From Planctomycetota bacterium (GTDB lineage Bacteria > Planctomycetota > SZUA-567 > JAKLDR01), in assembly GCA_022703445.1 (NCBI GenBank), contig JAKLDR010000013.1:2599-66598 (forward strand): a stretch of DNA of 64,000 bases. Direction: 5' to 3'. Shown in pieces: positions 18,675-26,306 of this stretch. The position numbers and the translations under genes were made by a program. The notes under the pieces were generated by a model that was not told the origin of the DNA, did no database searches, and was given only the letters and a program-made list of their open reading frames with translations. Position 1 is the stretch's first letter, and each line of letters begins with the position of its first letter.

Positions 18675-20917
18675 ACGGGCCCGGGCCAAGCGCAGCGGCT
18701 CCCGAGGGCCGGAAGCGCAGGCTCCGCCGGCTGATCCTCTGGGGATCGGGCCTCGGCCTGCTGGCCGCCGCCAGTGCGGCGACGCTCGACCGGCTTATGC
18801 CGTTTCCGGCGGAGCGCCTGGACGCAGCCCGGCGTGGTGGTTCGGCCCTCTTCCTTGACCGCGACGGGCGGACGCTGGCCTGGCTGGTGGGCTCGGCCGA
18901 GGAGTTCCGCCTGCCCGTGCCGCTCGACCGGATCTCGCCGTGGCTGGCCAGGGCCACCGTGGCAGCCGAGGACCGGCGCTTCTTCAGCCACCCCGGGGTG
19001 GATCCGCTGGCCATGGCCAGGGCCGCCGGTCAGAACCTGTCGAGCGGCCGGCGCGTCTCCGGGGCCTCGACCCTGACCATGCAGACCGTCCGGCTGCTCT
19101 GCCCCCGGCCGCGAACCTGGCCGGCGAAGCTGACCGAGGCCGGCCGCGCGCTGCAGATCGAACGGGCCGCTGGAAAGGAGCGCATCCTCGAGACCTACCT
19201 GAACCTCGCGCCCTACGGCGGCAACGCCGTCGGCGCGGAGGCTGCCGCACGGCTCTACTTCGGCAAGGGCGCCGCCGAGCTGACCCTGGCCGAGGCAGCC
19301 ATGCTGGCGGGCATCCCCCAGTCGCCGGCGCGCTTCAACCCCCGCAGGCACCCCGAAGCGGCCCTGGAGCGCCGGGAGTACGTCCTCGGCCGGATGCTCG
19401 AGTTGGGCCTGGCCTCGCCTGATGAGGTCGAGCGCGCTAGGCGGGAGCCGGTGGCCGCCATCGTGGCGGAGGGCCAGAGGTCCGTGGGGTGCCGGACTGA
19501 CCCGTGCGCCGCCTGGCTGGGCGCCCGGCTCGGTCGGAACTGCGGCACGGTGCGGACCACGATCAACCCGGACGTCCAGAAGTTGGTCCGGGCGGCGGCC
19601 GGGCGACATGCCGCCGAACTCCGGCGGCAGGGCGTGGATGGCCTGGCCGTCGTGGTCATCGACGTGCAGCGCGCAGAGCTCGCGGCCATGGTGGCCTGCT
19701 CCGGAGACTCGGAGGTCAACGGCGCCATCGTGCCTCGCCAGCCAGGTTCGTTGCTCAAGCCTTTCGTCTACGCGCGGGCCTTCGATGGGGGACGACTGAC
19801 CCCCGAGGCGGCCGCCTACGACGTCCCCGGCCGGTGGGCGAACTACCGTCCCGAGAACTTCGACCGCGACTTCCTCGGCCCGATCAGCACCGCGCGCGCC
19901 CTGGCCGAATCGCGCAACCTGCCGGCCGTGCGCACCCTGGCCGCGCTCGGGCCGGAGACGCTCGCGCGCGACCTGGCCAACCTGGGGCTGGCCCTGCCGC
20001 GGCCGGCGGAGAGCTACGGCCTGTCGCTGGCCCTGGGCACGCCCGAGCTCCGGCTGGTGGACGTGACCAACGCCTACGCAGCCATGGCCCGACTCGGTGT
20101 CTGGCGACCGCTGCGGGTCGTTCGCGGATCGCCGGACGGCGAGGCGCGGCAGGTCTTCTCCCCGGGAGCGGCCTACCTGACCCTGCGCTGCCTCGGCGCC
20201 CCCGCGGACAACGGGAGGGGCGCGGCCTGGAAGACGGGCACGTCCTGGAACTACCGCGACGCCTGGGCGATGGCGGTAACGCCAGACTACGCGATCGGCG
20301 TCTGGTGCGGGCGACTCTGCGGCGCCGGCCACCCCTCGCTGGTCGGCGCGCAGTCGGCGCTGCCCCTGGCGCTTGAGCTCGCCGGCGCGCTGGCCGCCGC
20401 CGGCTGGAGCCGGCCGGAGACAGTGGGTTGCCGCCGGGTCTGCGCCCTCTCTGGCGCACCGCCGTCAAACTGTTGCCCAGCGAGGGTCGAGGCGGAATAC
20501 CTTGGCGGAGTCAGCCACGAGGCCCCCTGCCGGCTCCACAGGGTGGAAGGCGGCGTAGTGGTCACCGTCTGGCCCCCGGAGGTGGCGGCCTTCATGGTGC
20601 AGGGAACCGCTCGACCGGCGACCAAGGAGACCGGCACGCTTGTCACCCCAACAGCCCCAATGCACATCGAATCGCCATGTCCGGGAGCCGAATATGTTCT
20701 GGCCCCCGGCGAGCAGCAGACCCTGCACCTGGCGGCCAGGTCGCCCGCCGGCCCCGATGGACTATGGTGGTTCATGGACGGAAAGCTGCTGGGACGCGCC
20801 GCCGCCGGGGAGGCGCTGGCCTGGCCCATGGCGCCCGGGGAACACGAGGCCTCCGCCTGCGATTCCTCCGGAACCGCGGCCGCGGTGCGCTTCAGGGTGA
20901 GGGCGGGTCCGCGCTGA
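18671..20917 (+). CDS. pbpC: Penicillin-binding protein 1C (transglycosylase/transpeptidase)
   Basis: ORF 18608..20917, started at GTG 18671, which overlaps the A2M stop. GT51 motifs (RATVAAEDRRFFSHPGVD, GASTLTMQ, RKLTEA-like, YLNLAPYGGN). The transpeptidase part has QPGSLLKPF and KTGTS. Confidence 0.9.
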   Translation: MNGPGPSAAAPEGRKRRLRRLILWGSGLGLLAAASAATLDRLMPFPAERLDAARRGGSALFLDRDGRTLAWLVGSAEEFRLPVPLDRISPWLARATVAAEDRRFFSHPGVDPLAMARAAGQNLSSGRRVSGASTLTMQTVRLLCPRPRTWPAKLTEAGRALQIERAAGKERILETYLNLAPYGGNAVGAEAAARLYFGKGAAELTLAEAAMLAGIPQSPARFNPRRHPEAALERREYVLGRMLELGLASPDEVERARREPVAAIVAEGQRSVGCRTDPCAAWLGARLGRNCGTVRTTINPDVQKLVRAAAGRHAAELRRQGVDGLAVVVIDVQRAELAAMVACSGDSEVNGAIVPRQPGSLLKPFVYARAFDGGRLTPEAAAYDVPGRWANYRPENFDRDFLGPISTARALAESRNLPAVRTLAALGPETLARDLANLGLALPRPAESYGLSLALGTPELRLVDVTNAYAAMARLGVWRPLRVVRGSPDGEARQVFSPGAAYLTLRCLGAPADNGRGAAWKTGTSWNYRDAWAMAVTPDYAIGVWCGRLCGAGHPSLVGAQSALPLALELAGALAAAGWSRPETVGCRRVCALSGAPPSNCCPARVEAEYLGGVSHEAPCRLHRVEGGVVVTVWPPEVAAFMVQGTARPATKETGTLVTPTAPMHIESPCPGAEYVLAPGEQQTLHLAARSPAGPDGLWWFMDGKLLGRAAAGEALAWPMAPGEHEASACDSSGTAAAVRFRVRAGPR

Positions 20918-20929
20918 GGGCGCGCGGGG

Positions 20930-22036
20930 CTACTTGGCGTCCTTGAGCTGCTTGACCATGGCGCCGTTGGGGAACTTGGCGCGGAGCTCCTTGAAGGCCC
21001 AGGCCTCGCGGCCGGCCCACTCCGGGCCCACCGCGGCGCCGCCCAGGCGCCCGGCCCACAGGCCCACGAAGTAGTAGGCGCGCTCCTCGGCCCAGGGGCT
21101 GCCCCGGTACTGCAGGACCGGGCGCATCATCTCCTCGATGGCGTCGAGGGCCCGCTCGCGGTTCTTCTCCTGGGCCAGATCGGCGGCCTTCTCGGGCAGC
21201 CCGGCCAGCAGGCTCTCGCCGATGACCTGGTGGGCGTCGGCGGCGGCGGTCGATGTGCAGCCCTTGACCGCCAGGGCCTTCTTGGCGAACTCGGCGGCCT
21301 CGGCGGCCTGGCCGTCCAGGAGCATGCAGCGGGCCGTGCCGGCGTGGGCCTTGCACAGCACCTCAGGGGCGGGCTGCTTCTTGGCCACGGCCCTGTAGGC
21401 CTCGGCGGCCTTGGAGTACTCGCCCTCCTTGCGCTCGGCCTTGCGCTCCAGCAGCTCGGCGTCGAAGACGCTGGCCAGGAAGGCCCCATCCTCGCCCTGG
21501 GCGCGGAGGATGGCCAGGCTCTTGGAGGCCTCGTCCCACTTGTTGAGGCGCACGTAGCAGTTGAACTGGCCCTCGGCCACGTCGCGGAGGAAGGCGGTCT
21601 TGGGCATCTCCTCGACCAGCTTCTTGTAGGAGCCGGCGGCCTTCTCCATCTCGTTCAGCTTCTCGTAGCACTTGGCCATGCGCAGCCAGGCGTACTGCCG
21701 GGCGAACTTCGGCACGGCCGCGTCCTTGACGGCGTCCTCGTACTTGCCGATGGCCAGGTCGTACTCCTTGGCGTTCTCGTAACCGCGGCCGGTCTCGTAG
21801 TGCCGCTGGAGGCACTCGTACTTGACCTTGGCGCGGATGACCTCGTGCGGCCTGAAGACCTGCTCGCCCTGCCCGCCGGCGATGCGCAGGGCCAGGCCCT
21901 CGGAGTCGTCCTGGGAGATCGTGCCGGTCTGCTTGAGCTCGGCTCCGCTGGCGGTCCGGACGAAGACCTCGTCGGCCAGCGCGCGGCCGGAGAAGAGCAG
22001 CAGGGCCAGGGCGGCGGTCGGGATCAGCTGTCTCAT
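20930..22036 (-). CDS. Secreted helical-repeat (TPR-like) protein
   Basis: ORF 20930..22078, started at ATG 22036 (MRQLIPTAALALLLFSGRALADE, a signal peptide). The body is rich in A/K/E helical hairpins (AIGKYEDAVKD, MAKCYEKLNEMEKAAGSYKKL). Confidence 0.6.
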   Translation of the reverse strand: MRQLIPTAALALLLFSGRALADEVFVRTASGAELKQTGTISQDDSEGLALRIAGGQGEQVFRPHEVIRAKVKYECLQRHYETGRGYENAKEYDLAIGKYEDAVKDAAVPKFARQYAWLRMAKCYEKLNEMEKAAGSYKKLVEEMPKTAFLRDVAEGQFNCYVRLNKWDEASKSLAILRAQGEDGAFLASVFDAELLERKAERKEGEYSKAAEAYRAVAKKQPAPEVLCKAHAGTARCMLLDGQAAEAAEFAKKALAVKGCTSTAAADAHQVIGESLLAGLPEKAADLAQEKNRERALDAIEEMMRPVLQYRGSPWAEERAYYFVGLWAGRLGGAAVGPEWAGREAWAFKELRAKFPNGAMVKQLKDAK

Positions 22037-22223
22037 GGCACACCTCCAGTGTCGTCGGCGGGGGTCCCCGCGCGACATAAGTTATAGCCTGCCGGGGCGC
22101 CTGTCAAGCGACCCGCCGCAGCCCTGGATTTTTGCCGCCCCCCGGCTAGAATCCCGGCGGTCGGCGGAGAGCGCCGGCCGCCGGTCGGCGGCGAACCCGA
22201 ACAGACAGAGAGAGGAGAAGCCC

Positions 22224-22460
22224 GTGCCCAGCGACACTGCCGAGAGAGTCAAGAAGGTCATCCTGGAAGTCCTCAAGGTCGACGCCTCCAAGGTGGTCCC
22301 CACCGCCCGCTTCACCAACGACCTGGGCGCCGAGAGCATCGAGAGCGTCAAGCTCGTGGCCGCCTTCGACGAGGAGTTCGGCATCGAGATGGACGAGGAC
22401 GCCGCCCTGTCGGTCAAGACCGTCGGCGACGCCATCACCTTCATCGACAAGTACCGCTAA
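22224..22460 (+). CDS. Acyl carrier protein (stand-alone, divergent)
   Basis: GTG 22224 with AGAGGAGAAG upstream. ERVKKVILEVLKVDASKV..FTNDLGAESIESVKLVAAFDEEFGIEMDEDAA aligns by eye to AcpP (..DLGADSLDTVELV..). The attachment Ser is present, but the motif is ESI instead of DSL. Confidence 0.85.
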   Translation: MPSDTAERVKKVILEVLKVDASKVVPTARFTNDLGAESIESVKLVAAFDEEFGIEMDEDAALSVKTVGDAITFIDKYR

Positions 22461-22477
22461 ATCCAGGAGCCCCGCCC

Positions 22478-23359
22478 ATGCCCGAAAACACCCCCGCCTA
22501 CAGCAAGGATCTGCTCCTGGCCGGCCTGCGCGAACTGGGCGTGGCCCGGGGCGACGTGCTCATGATCCACTCCTCGGCCAGCTCGGTCGGCTCCATCAAG
22601 GAGCTGATGAAGGCCCCCGACACGGGCATGCGCTGGCTGCTCGACGCCCTGCTGGAGGCGGTCGGCCCCGACGGCCTGATCGCCGTGCCCACCTTCACCA
22701 AGACCTTCAAGAGCGAGTCCGACGGCCCGATCGGCGACGTCTGGAACCCGAAGAAGTCGCACAGCCGGGTGGGCAGCTTCACCAACTACGTCTGGGAGCA
22801 GCCCGGGGCCGCCCGCTCCGACCACCCCACGCACTCGATCGCGGCCATCGGCCGCCGCGCCGCGGACTTCTGCGCCGGGCACTCCTGGCGCGAGGGCGCG
22901 ACCACCTTCGACCGCCGCGGCCCCTGGGGCAAGCTGGTCGACTGGAACGGCAAGATCCTCTGGATCGGCACGGCCATGAAGACCCAGACCGCCGTTCACA
23001 CCGTCGAGGAGTGGATGAAGCTGCCCTACATGGCCACCTGCATCGCGCTGGTCGACGACAACGGCAAGACCCGCGAGGTCCCGGTGCTGCAGTCCCCGGC
23101 CGGCCCGCGCGACTTCTACCGGGACGGATCCAAGTCCGAGCTGGCCTGGAACGCCGCCGGCCTAGCCCGGCGCGGCAAGGTCGGCAAGGCCGACGCCCAA
23201 CTGATGGGCGCCGCCCAGTTCATCGACTGGCTGTGGGCCGCGCTCCTGAAGGACCCGGCGCTGCTGCTCAAGGACAAGCCCGACGACGTCTGGTCGGTCA
23301 AGGCCAAGGCGGACACCGCCGCGCACCTCAGGAACTTCAAGGGCGGCTGGAGGCGCTGA
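22478..23359 (+). CDS. AAC(3)-family (aminoglycoside N3-acetyltransferase-like) N-acyltransferase
   Basis: GDVLMIHSSASSVG...LLEAVGPDGLIAVPTFT...SDHPTHSIAAIG matches my memory of the Antibiotic_NAT/AAC(3) fold signature. Confidence 0.7.
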   Translation: MPENTPAYSKDLLLAGLRELGVARGDVLMIHSSASSVGSIKELMKAPDTGMRWLLDALLEAVGPDGLIAVPTFTKTFKSESDGPIGDVWNPKKSHSRVGSFTNYVWEQPGAARSDHPTHSIAAIGRRAADFCAGHSWREGATTFDRRGPWGKLVDWNGKILWIGTAMKTQTAVHTVEEWMKLPYMATCIALVDDNGKTREVPVLQSPAGPRDFYRDGSKSELAWNAAGLARRGKVGKADAQLMGAAQFIDWLWAALLKDPALLLKDKPDDVWSVKAKADTAAHLRNFKGGWRR

Positions 23360-23365
23360 CCGCCC

Positions 23366-23431
23366 CTCAACCACCAAGACACCAGGACTCAGCGAGGTCA
23401 CCAGGGAGGACGCCAGGCTCAGCCTGGTGTC
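23366..23431 (+). repeat. Post-stop hairpin element, copy 1 (19-mer CTCAACCACCAAGACACCA plus GACACCAGG/CCTGGTGTC inverted repeat)
   Basis: The 19-mer at 23366..23384 starts 6 nt after the TGA of the AAC(3)-like gene. It is identical to the reverse complement of 39079..39097. Inverted repeat arms lie at 23378..23386 and 23423..23431. Confidence 0.5.
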
Positions 23432-23533
23432 CTCTCTGTTTCTCAACGACCGCGAGCGAACGCCCTCTCCGGTTTTCGCGTTGCCACCCGGCCTGCCGGC
23501 GCTAGACTCCGACCTTCACAGGAGGAGCCCGCC

Positions 23534-24586
23534 ATGTCCGAACGCAACCTCAGCCCCATGACCATGTTCGCCCGGATGGCCGCCCAGCACCGGCCGGCCT
23601 TCGCCTTCCGGGGGAAGTCTGCCCGCGACGTCGCCGCCTGGAGGAAGAAGGCCCTGCCGGCGGTGCTGGCCGCGCTCGGCGACCGCCCCGGCCGCGTGCC
23701 GCCCAAGCCGGAGCTCATCGCCGAATACGAGCACGACGGCCTGGTCAAGCAGCGCTGGCTGATCGACGTCGGCCCGCACATCTCGGCGGTCTGCCTGGTC
23801 AACCGGCCGAAGGACCTCGAGGCCGGCGAGAAACGCCCGGCGCTCCTCTGCTGGCACGGCCACGGCCAGTTCGGCAAGGAACCGGTGATGGGCAACGACT
23901 CCTCGCCGGAGCTGCGCTCCTCCATAGAGAAGTGCAACTACAGCTACGGACACCAGATGGCCAAGGCCGGGTTCGTGACCTTCGCCATCGACTGGATGGG
24001 CAAGGGCGACCGGGACGACTCGAAGAAACCCCACCACCGCAGCCATGTCGGCAGCGGCGACTGGTGCAACTCCCTCTATCTCCACGCCACCATGTTCGGG
24101 ACCACGCCGCTGGCCATGAACGTGGCCCAGGGCATGGTCGCCACCGACTTCGCCTGCACGCTGCCGAACGTGGACCCGAAGCGCCTCGGCGTGATGGGCC
24201 TGTCCGGCGGTGGGACCATGACGCTCTGGAGCGCGCTCTGCGACCCACGTTTCAAGGCCGCCGAGATCATGTGCTACAGCGACCTCTGGGCGGCCTTCGG
24301 CATCCGCGACCTCAACTACTGCGGGATGCAGGTGGCGCCGGGCCTCTACAAGCTCGTCGACCTGCCCGACCTGCAGGGCCTGCTCGCGCCCAAGCCGCTC
24401 CTGGTCGACATCGGCGCCTACGACAGCTGCTTCCGTGCCGAGACGGCCATGGCCTGCTACCGCCAAGTGGAGAAGATCTACAAGGCCGCCGGCGCAGCCG
24501 ACAACCTCGAGCTCGACCTCTTCCCGCGGGAGCACGCCTGGGGCGGGAACAAGTCGGTGGCGTTCTTCGAGAAGCACCTGGGGTAG
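23534..24586 (+). CDS. Alpha/beta hydrolase (acetylxylan-esterase / dienelactone-hydrolase-like)
   Basis: 350 aa with nucleophile elbow GLSGGG and an LCWHGHG oxyanion-region-like segment. The architecture resembles the second esterase at 30272..31426. Confidence 0.7.
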   Translation: MSERNLSPMTMFARMAAQHRPAFAFRGKSARDVAAWRKKALPAVLAALGDRPGRVPPKPELIAEYEHDGLVKQRWLIDVGPHISAVCLVNRPKDLEAGEKRPALLCWHGHGQFGKEPVMGNDSSPELRSSIEKCNYSYGHQMAKAGFVTFAIDWMGKGDRDDSKKPHHRSHVGSGDWCNSLYLHATMFGTTPLAMNVAQGMVATDFACTLPNVDPKRLGVMGLSGGGTMTLWSALCDPRFKAAEIMCYSDLWAAFGIRDLNYCGMQVAPGLYKLVDLPDLQGLLAPKPLLVDIGAYDSCFRAETAMACYRQVEKIYKAAGAADNLELDLFPREHAWGGNKSVAFFEKHLG

Positions 24587-24602
24587 GCATGAAGTCTTCC
24601 CG

Positions 24603-24726
24603 GTCGCTATCGGTATCGCTATCGGTATCGAAGCGAAGCGAGGTCGTAGCCCCTGGTCGGTCGGCCTCGCCGCTGCGCCCGCCGCGGCGGGCGAGCTCCG
24701 ATTGCGATACCGATACCGATAGCGAC
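24603..24726. repeat. Intergenic long hairpin with tandem-hexamer arms and a nested GC palindrome
   Basis: GTCGCTATCGGTATCG (24603..24618) pairs perfectly with CGATACCGATAGCGAC (24711..24726), and pairing extends ~5 bp further after one mismatch. The left arm is CTATCGGTATCG repeated twice. The central perfect palindrome GCCCGCCGCGGCGGGC lies at 24677..24692. Confidence 0.6.
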
Positions 24727-24755
24727 ACCGAGGATGGCGGCGAAGGGCAACAGGG

Positions 24756-25595
24756 ATGATAGCCATCAAGGCCCAGAGATGCGACGGCAGCCTGGTGGAC
24801 GACGTCCGGCAGGCGCCGGGCGCCACGGATCGAGTCCGGATGTGGTGGCTGGGGCAGGCGGGGTTCCTGGTGCGCTCGGGCGGGTTCCTCTGCGCGATCG
24901 ATCCCTACCTCTCGGGCCAGCCGCGGCGCCTGATGCCGCCGGCTTTCGATCCCGGCGAGCCGCTGGGGCTCGCGGCCGTGCTCTGCTCCCACGACCACAT
25001 CGACCACATCGACCCCGGGGCACTGCCGGCGCTGGCGGAGGCCAATCCGGGGTGCGTCTTCGTCGTGCCGGCGGCGGCGCGCGAGCGGGTTCTCAAGCTC
25101 GGCCTGCCCGAGGATCGGCTCCGCCCGGCGCGGGACGGCGACCGGATCGAGCTTGGCGGGGGCGCGGCAGTCGTCCACGTCCTGCCCTCGGCGCACGAGG
25201 CGCTCGAGACCGACGCGACCGGCGCACACCGGGCGCTCGGCTTCGTCCTCGAACTTGGCGGCCTGCGCATCTACCACTCCGGCGACTGCGTGCCGTACGA
25301 GGGCCTCGCCGCGCGCCTGGCGGTGCTCCGGCCCGACGTCGCGCTGCTCCCCGCCAACGGTCGCGACGAGGAGCGCCACCGCCAGGGCTATCTCGGCAAC
25401 TTCAGCTTCGCCGAGGCCGCGGAGCTGTGTTTGGCCTCCGGGATCGGCTGGCTCGTGCCCCACCACTTCGGGATGTTCGCCGGGAACACCGTGCCGCGGG
25501 AGGAACTGGAGCGCGCCGCGGCAGCGCTGCCCGAGCAACTCAGGTGCCTGGTGCCGGAGATGGGGGTGAAGTACGAGATGGAGGCAGCTCGCTGA
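24756..25595 (+). CDS. MBL-fold metallo-hydrolase
   Basis: WWLGQAGFLV..., then the HxHxDH motif SHDHIDHID, then later HSGD and a PHHFGMF-type C-terminus. An alternative start at ATG 24840 is possible. Confidence 0.8.
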   Translation: MIAIKAQRCDGSLVDDVRQAPGATDRVRMWWLGQAGFLVRSGGFLCAIDPYLSGQPRRLMPPAFDPGEPLGLAAVLCSHDHIDHIDPGALPALAEANPGCVFVVPAAARERVLKLGLPEDRLRPARDGDRIELGGGAAVVHVLPSAHEALETDATGAHRALGFVLELGGLRIYHSGDCVPYEGLAARLAVLRPDVALLPANGRDEERHRQGYLGNFSFAEAAELCLASGIGWLVPHHFGMFAGNTVPREELERAAAALPEQLRCLVPEMGVKYEMEAAR

Positions 25596-26148
25596 TCTTC
25601 CTGGTCAGAGCTGCAGCCATCTTCTCGATCTTGACCTCTGGACCGCGAAGGCTGAAGACGAATCTGCCTTGGACGAGCTTGTACAGGAGTTCGACAACCT
25701 CGACCAACTGCCCCATGGGTGAACTCGACTTCGGCGAACAGGTGCTGCCCACAGCACCGCCGGCAGAGAACTCATAGCGGTCACCGTCCAGCATGCCGCT
25801 CTCGGTCTCTGCGGGGCGAACGCTTTGGAGTGCCGCCGTCCAAAGGTCTGTGAGTGTCACCGCCAAACTTCTGCCGATCTTTCTTTCCGACCGGCTGGCC
25901 GGGATAAGAGCTTCAGCATTCTGCGGATTCCACACGAGTCGCGAGGCAGTCATGGCAACGATGGCATGTTGGTCACCGTCGTAGACCAGCGCAACCAAAC
26001 GCTCTGGTGCGAAGGAGGTCTTGATCAGCACGGTGGCGACTATGGATTGGGCGGCCAAAGGCTCGAACAGGATCTGCCGCAACCTGCGCTGGTAGCCATC
26101 AAGGACCTCGTTGCCGTACGATGCGGGTACCGGCTCAAGATGATCCAT
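25540..26148 (-). CDS. Hypothetical protein (lower-GC orphan)
   Basis: ORF 25540..26202, started at ATG 26148 (MDHLEPVPASYGNEVLDGYQRRL...). The composition looks like a real globular protein. I recognise no motif. The 3' end overlaps the convergent MBL gene by 56 nt. Confidence 0.5.
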   Translation of the reverse strand: MDHLEPVPASYGNEVLDGYQRRLRQILFEPLAAQSIVATVLIKTSFAPERLVALVYDGDQHAIVAMTASRLVWNPQNAEALIPASRSERKIGRSLAVTLTDLWTAALQSVRPAETESGMLDGDRYEFSAGGAVGSTCSPKSSSPMGQLVEVVELLYKLVQGRFVFSLRGPEVKIEKMAAALTRKISELPPSRTSPPSPAPGT

Positions 26149-26306
26149 GGCTTCACCTCGGGTCCACGGCTGACATTCTCCCCGCACAGCCGCTCGCCGC
26201 AAGACCTATCCTGCCCTTGCCCCGCCCCGGCCGAGGCGTAGAATCCCCTCCCGCCGGAGAAAGAGGGCCCGGCAGCCCGGGCCCGCGAGGATTTCGGAGA
26301 CTACCC

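Noticed and set aside
9150-20332. Long antisense ORFs 9150..11429 (-), 10310..11926 (+, upstream part), 14286..16397 (-), 17262..18689 (-), 18551..20332 (-)
   Set aside because: All overlap well-supported genes (cyclase, A2M, pbpC) and show the typical shadow-ORF composition. Only the 3' part of 10310..11926 (from 11420) is real.
22079-22223. Promoter for the ACP gene (TAGAAT near 22144 with weak upstream -35 candidates)
   Set aside because: No -35 element with acceptable spacing could be found, so the case is too weak to report as a feature.
24592-24740. Possible CRISPR-like or coding repeat (SLSVSLSVS / DTDTDSDT translations)
   Set aside because: There are only two arms and they are inverted, not direct. 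There are no spacers and no cas genes. The peptide repeats are a by-product of the hexamer periodicity.
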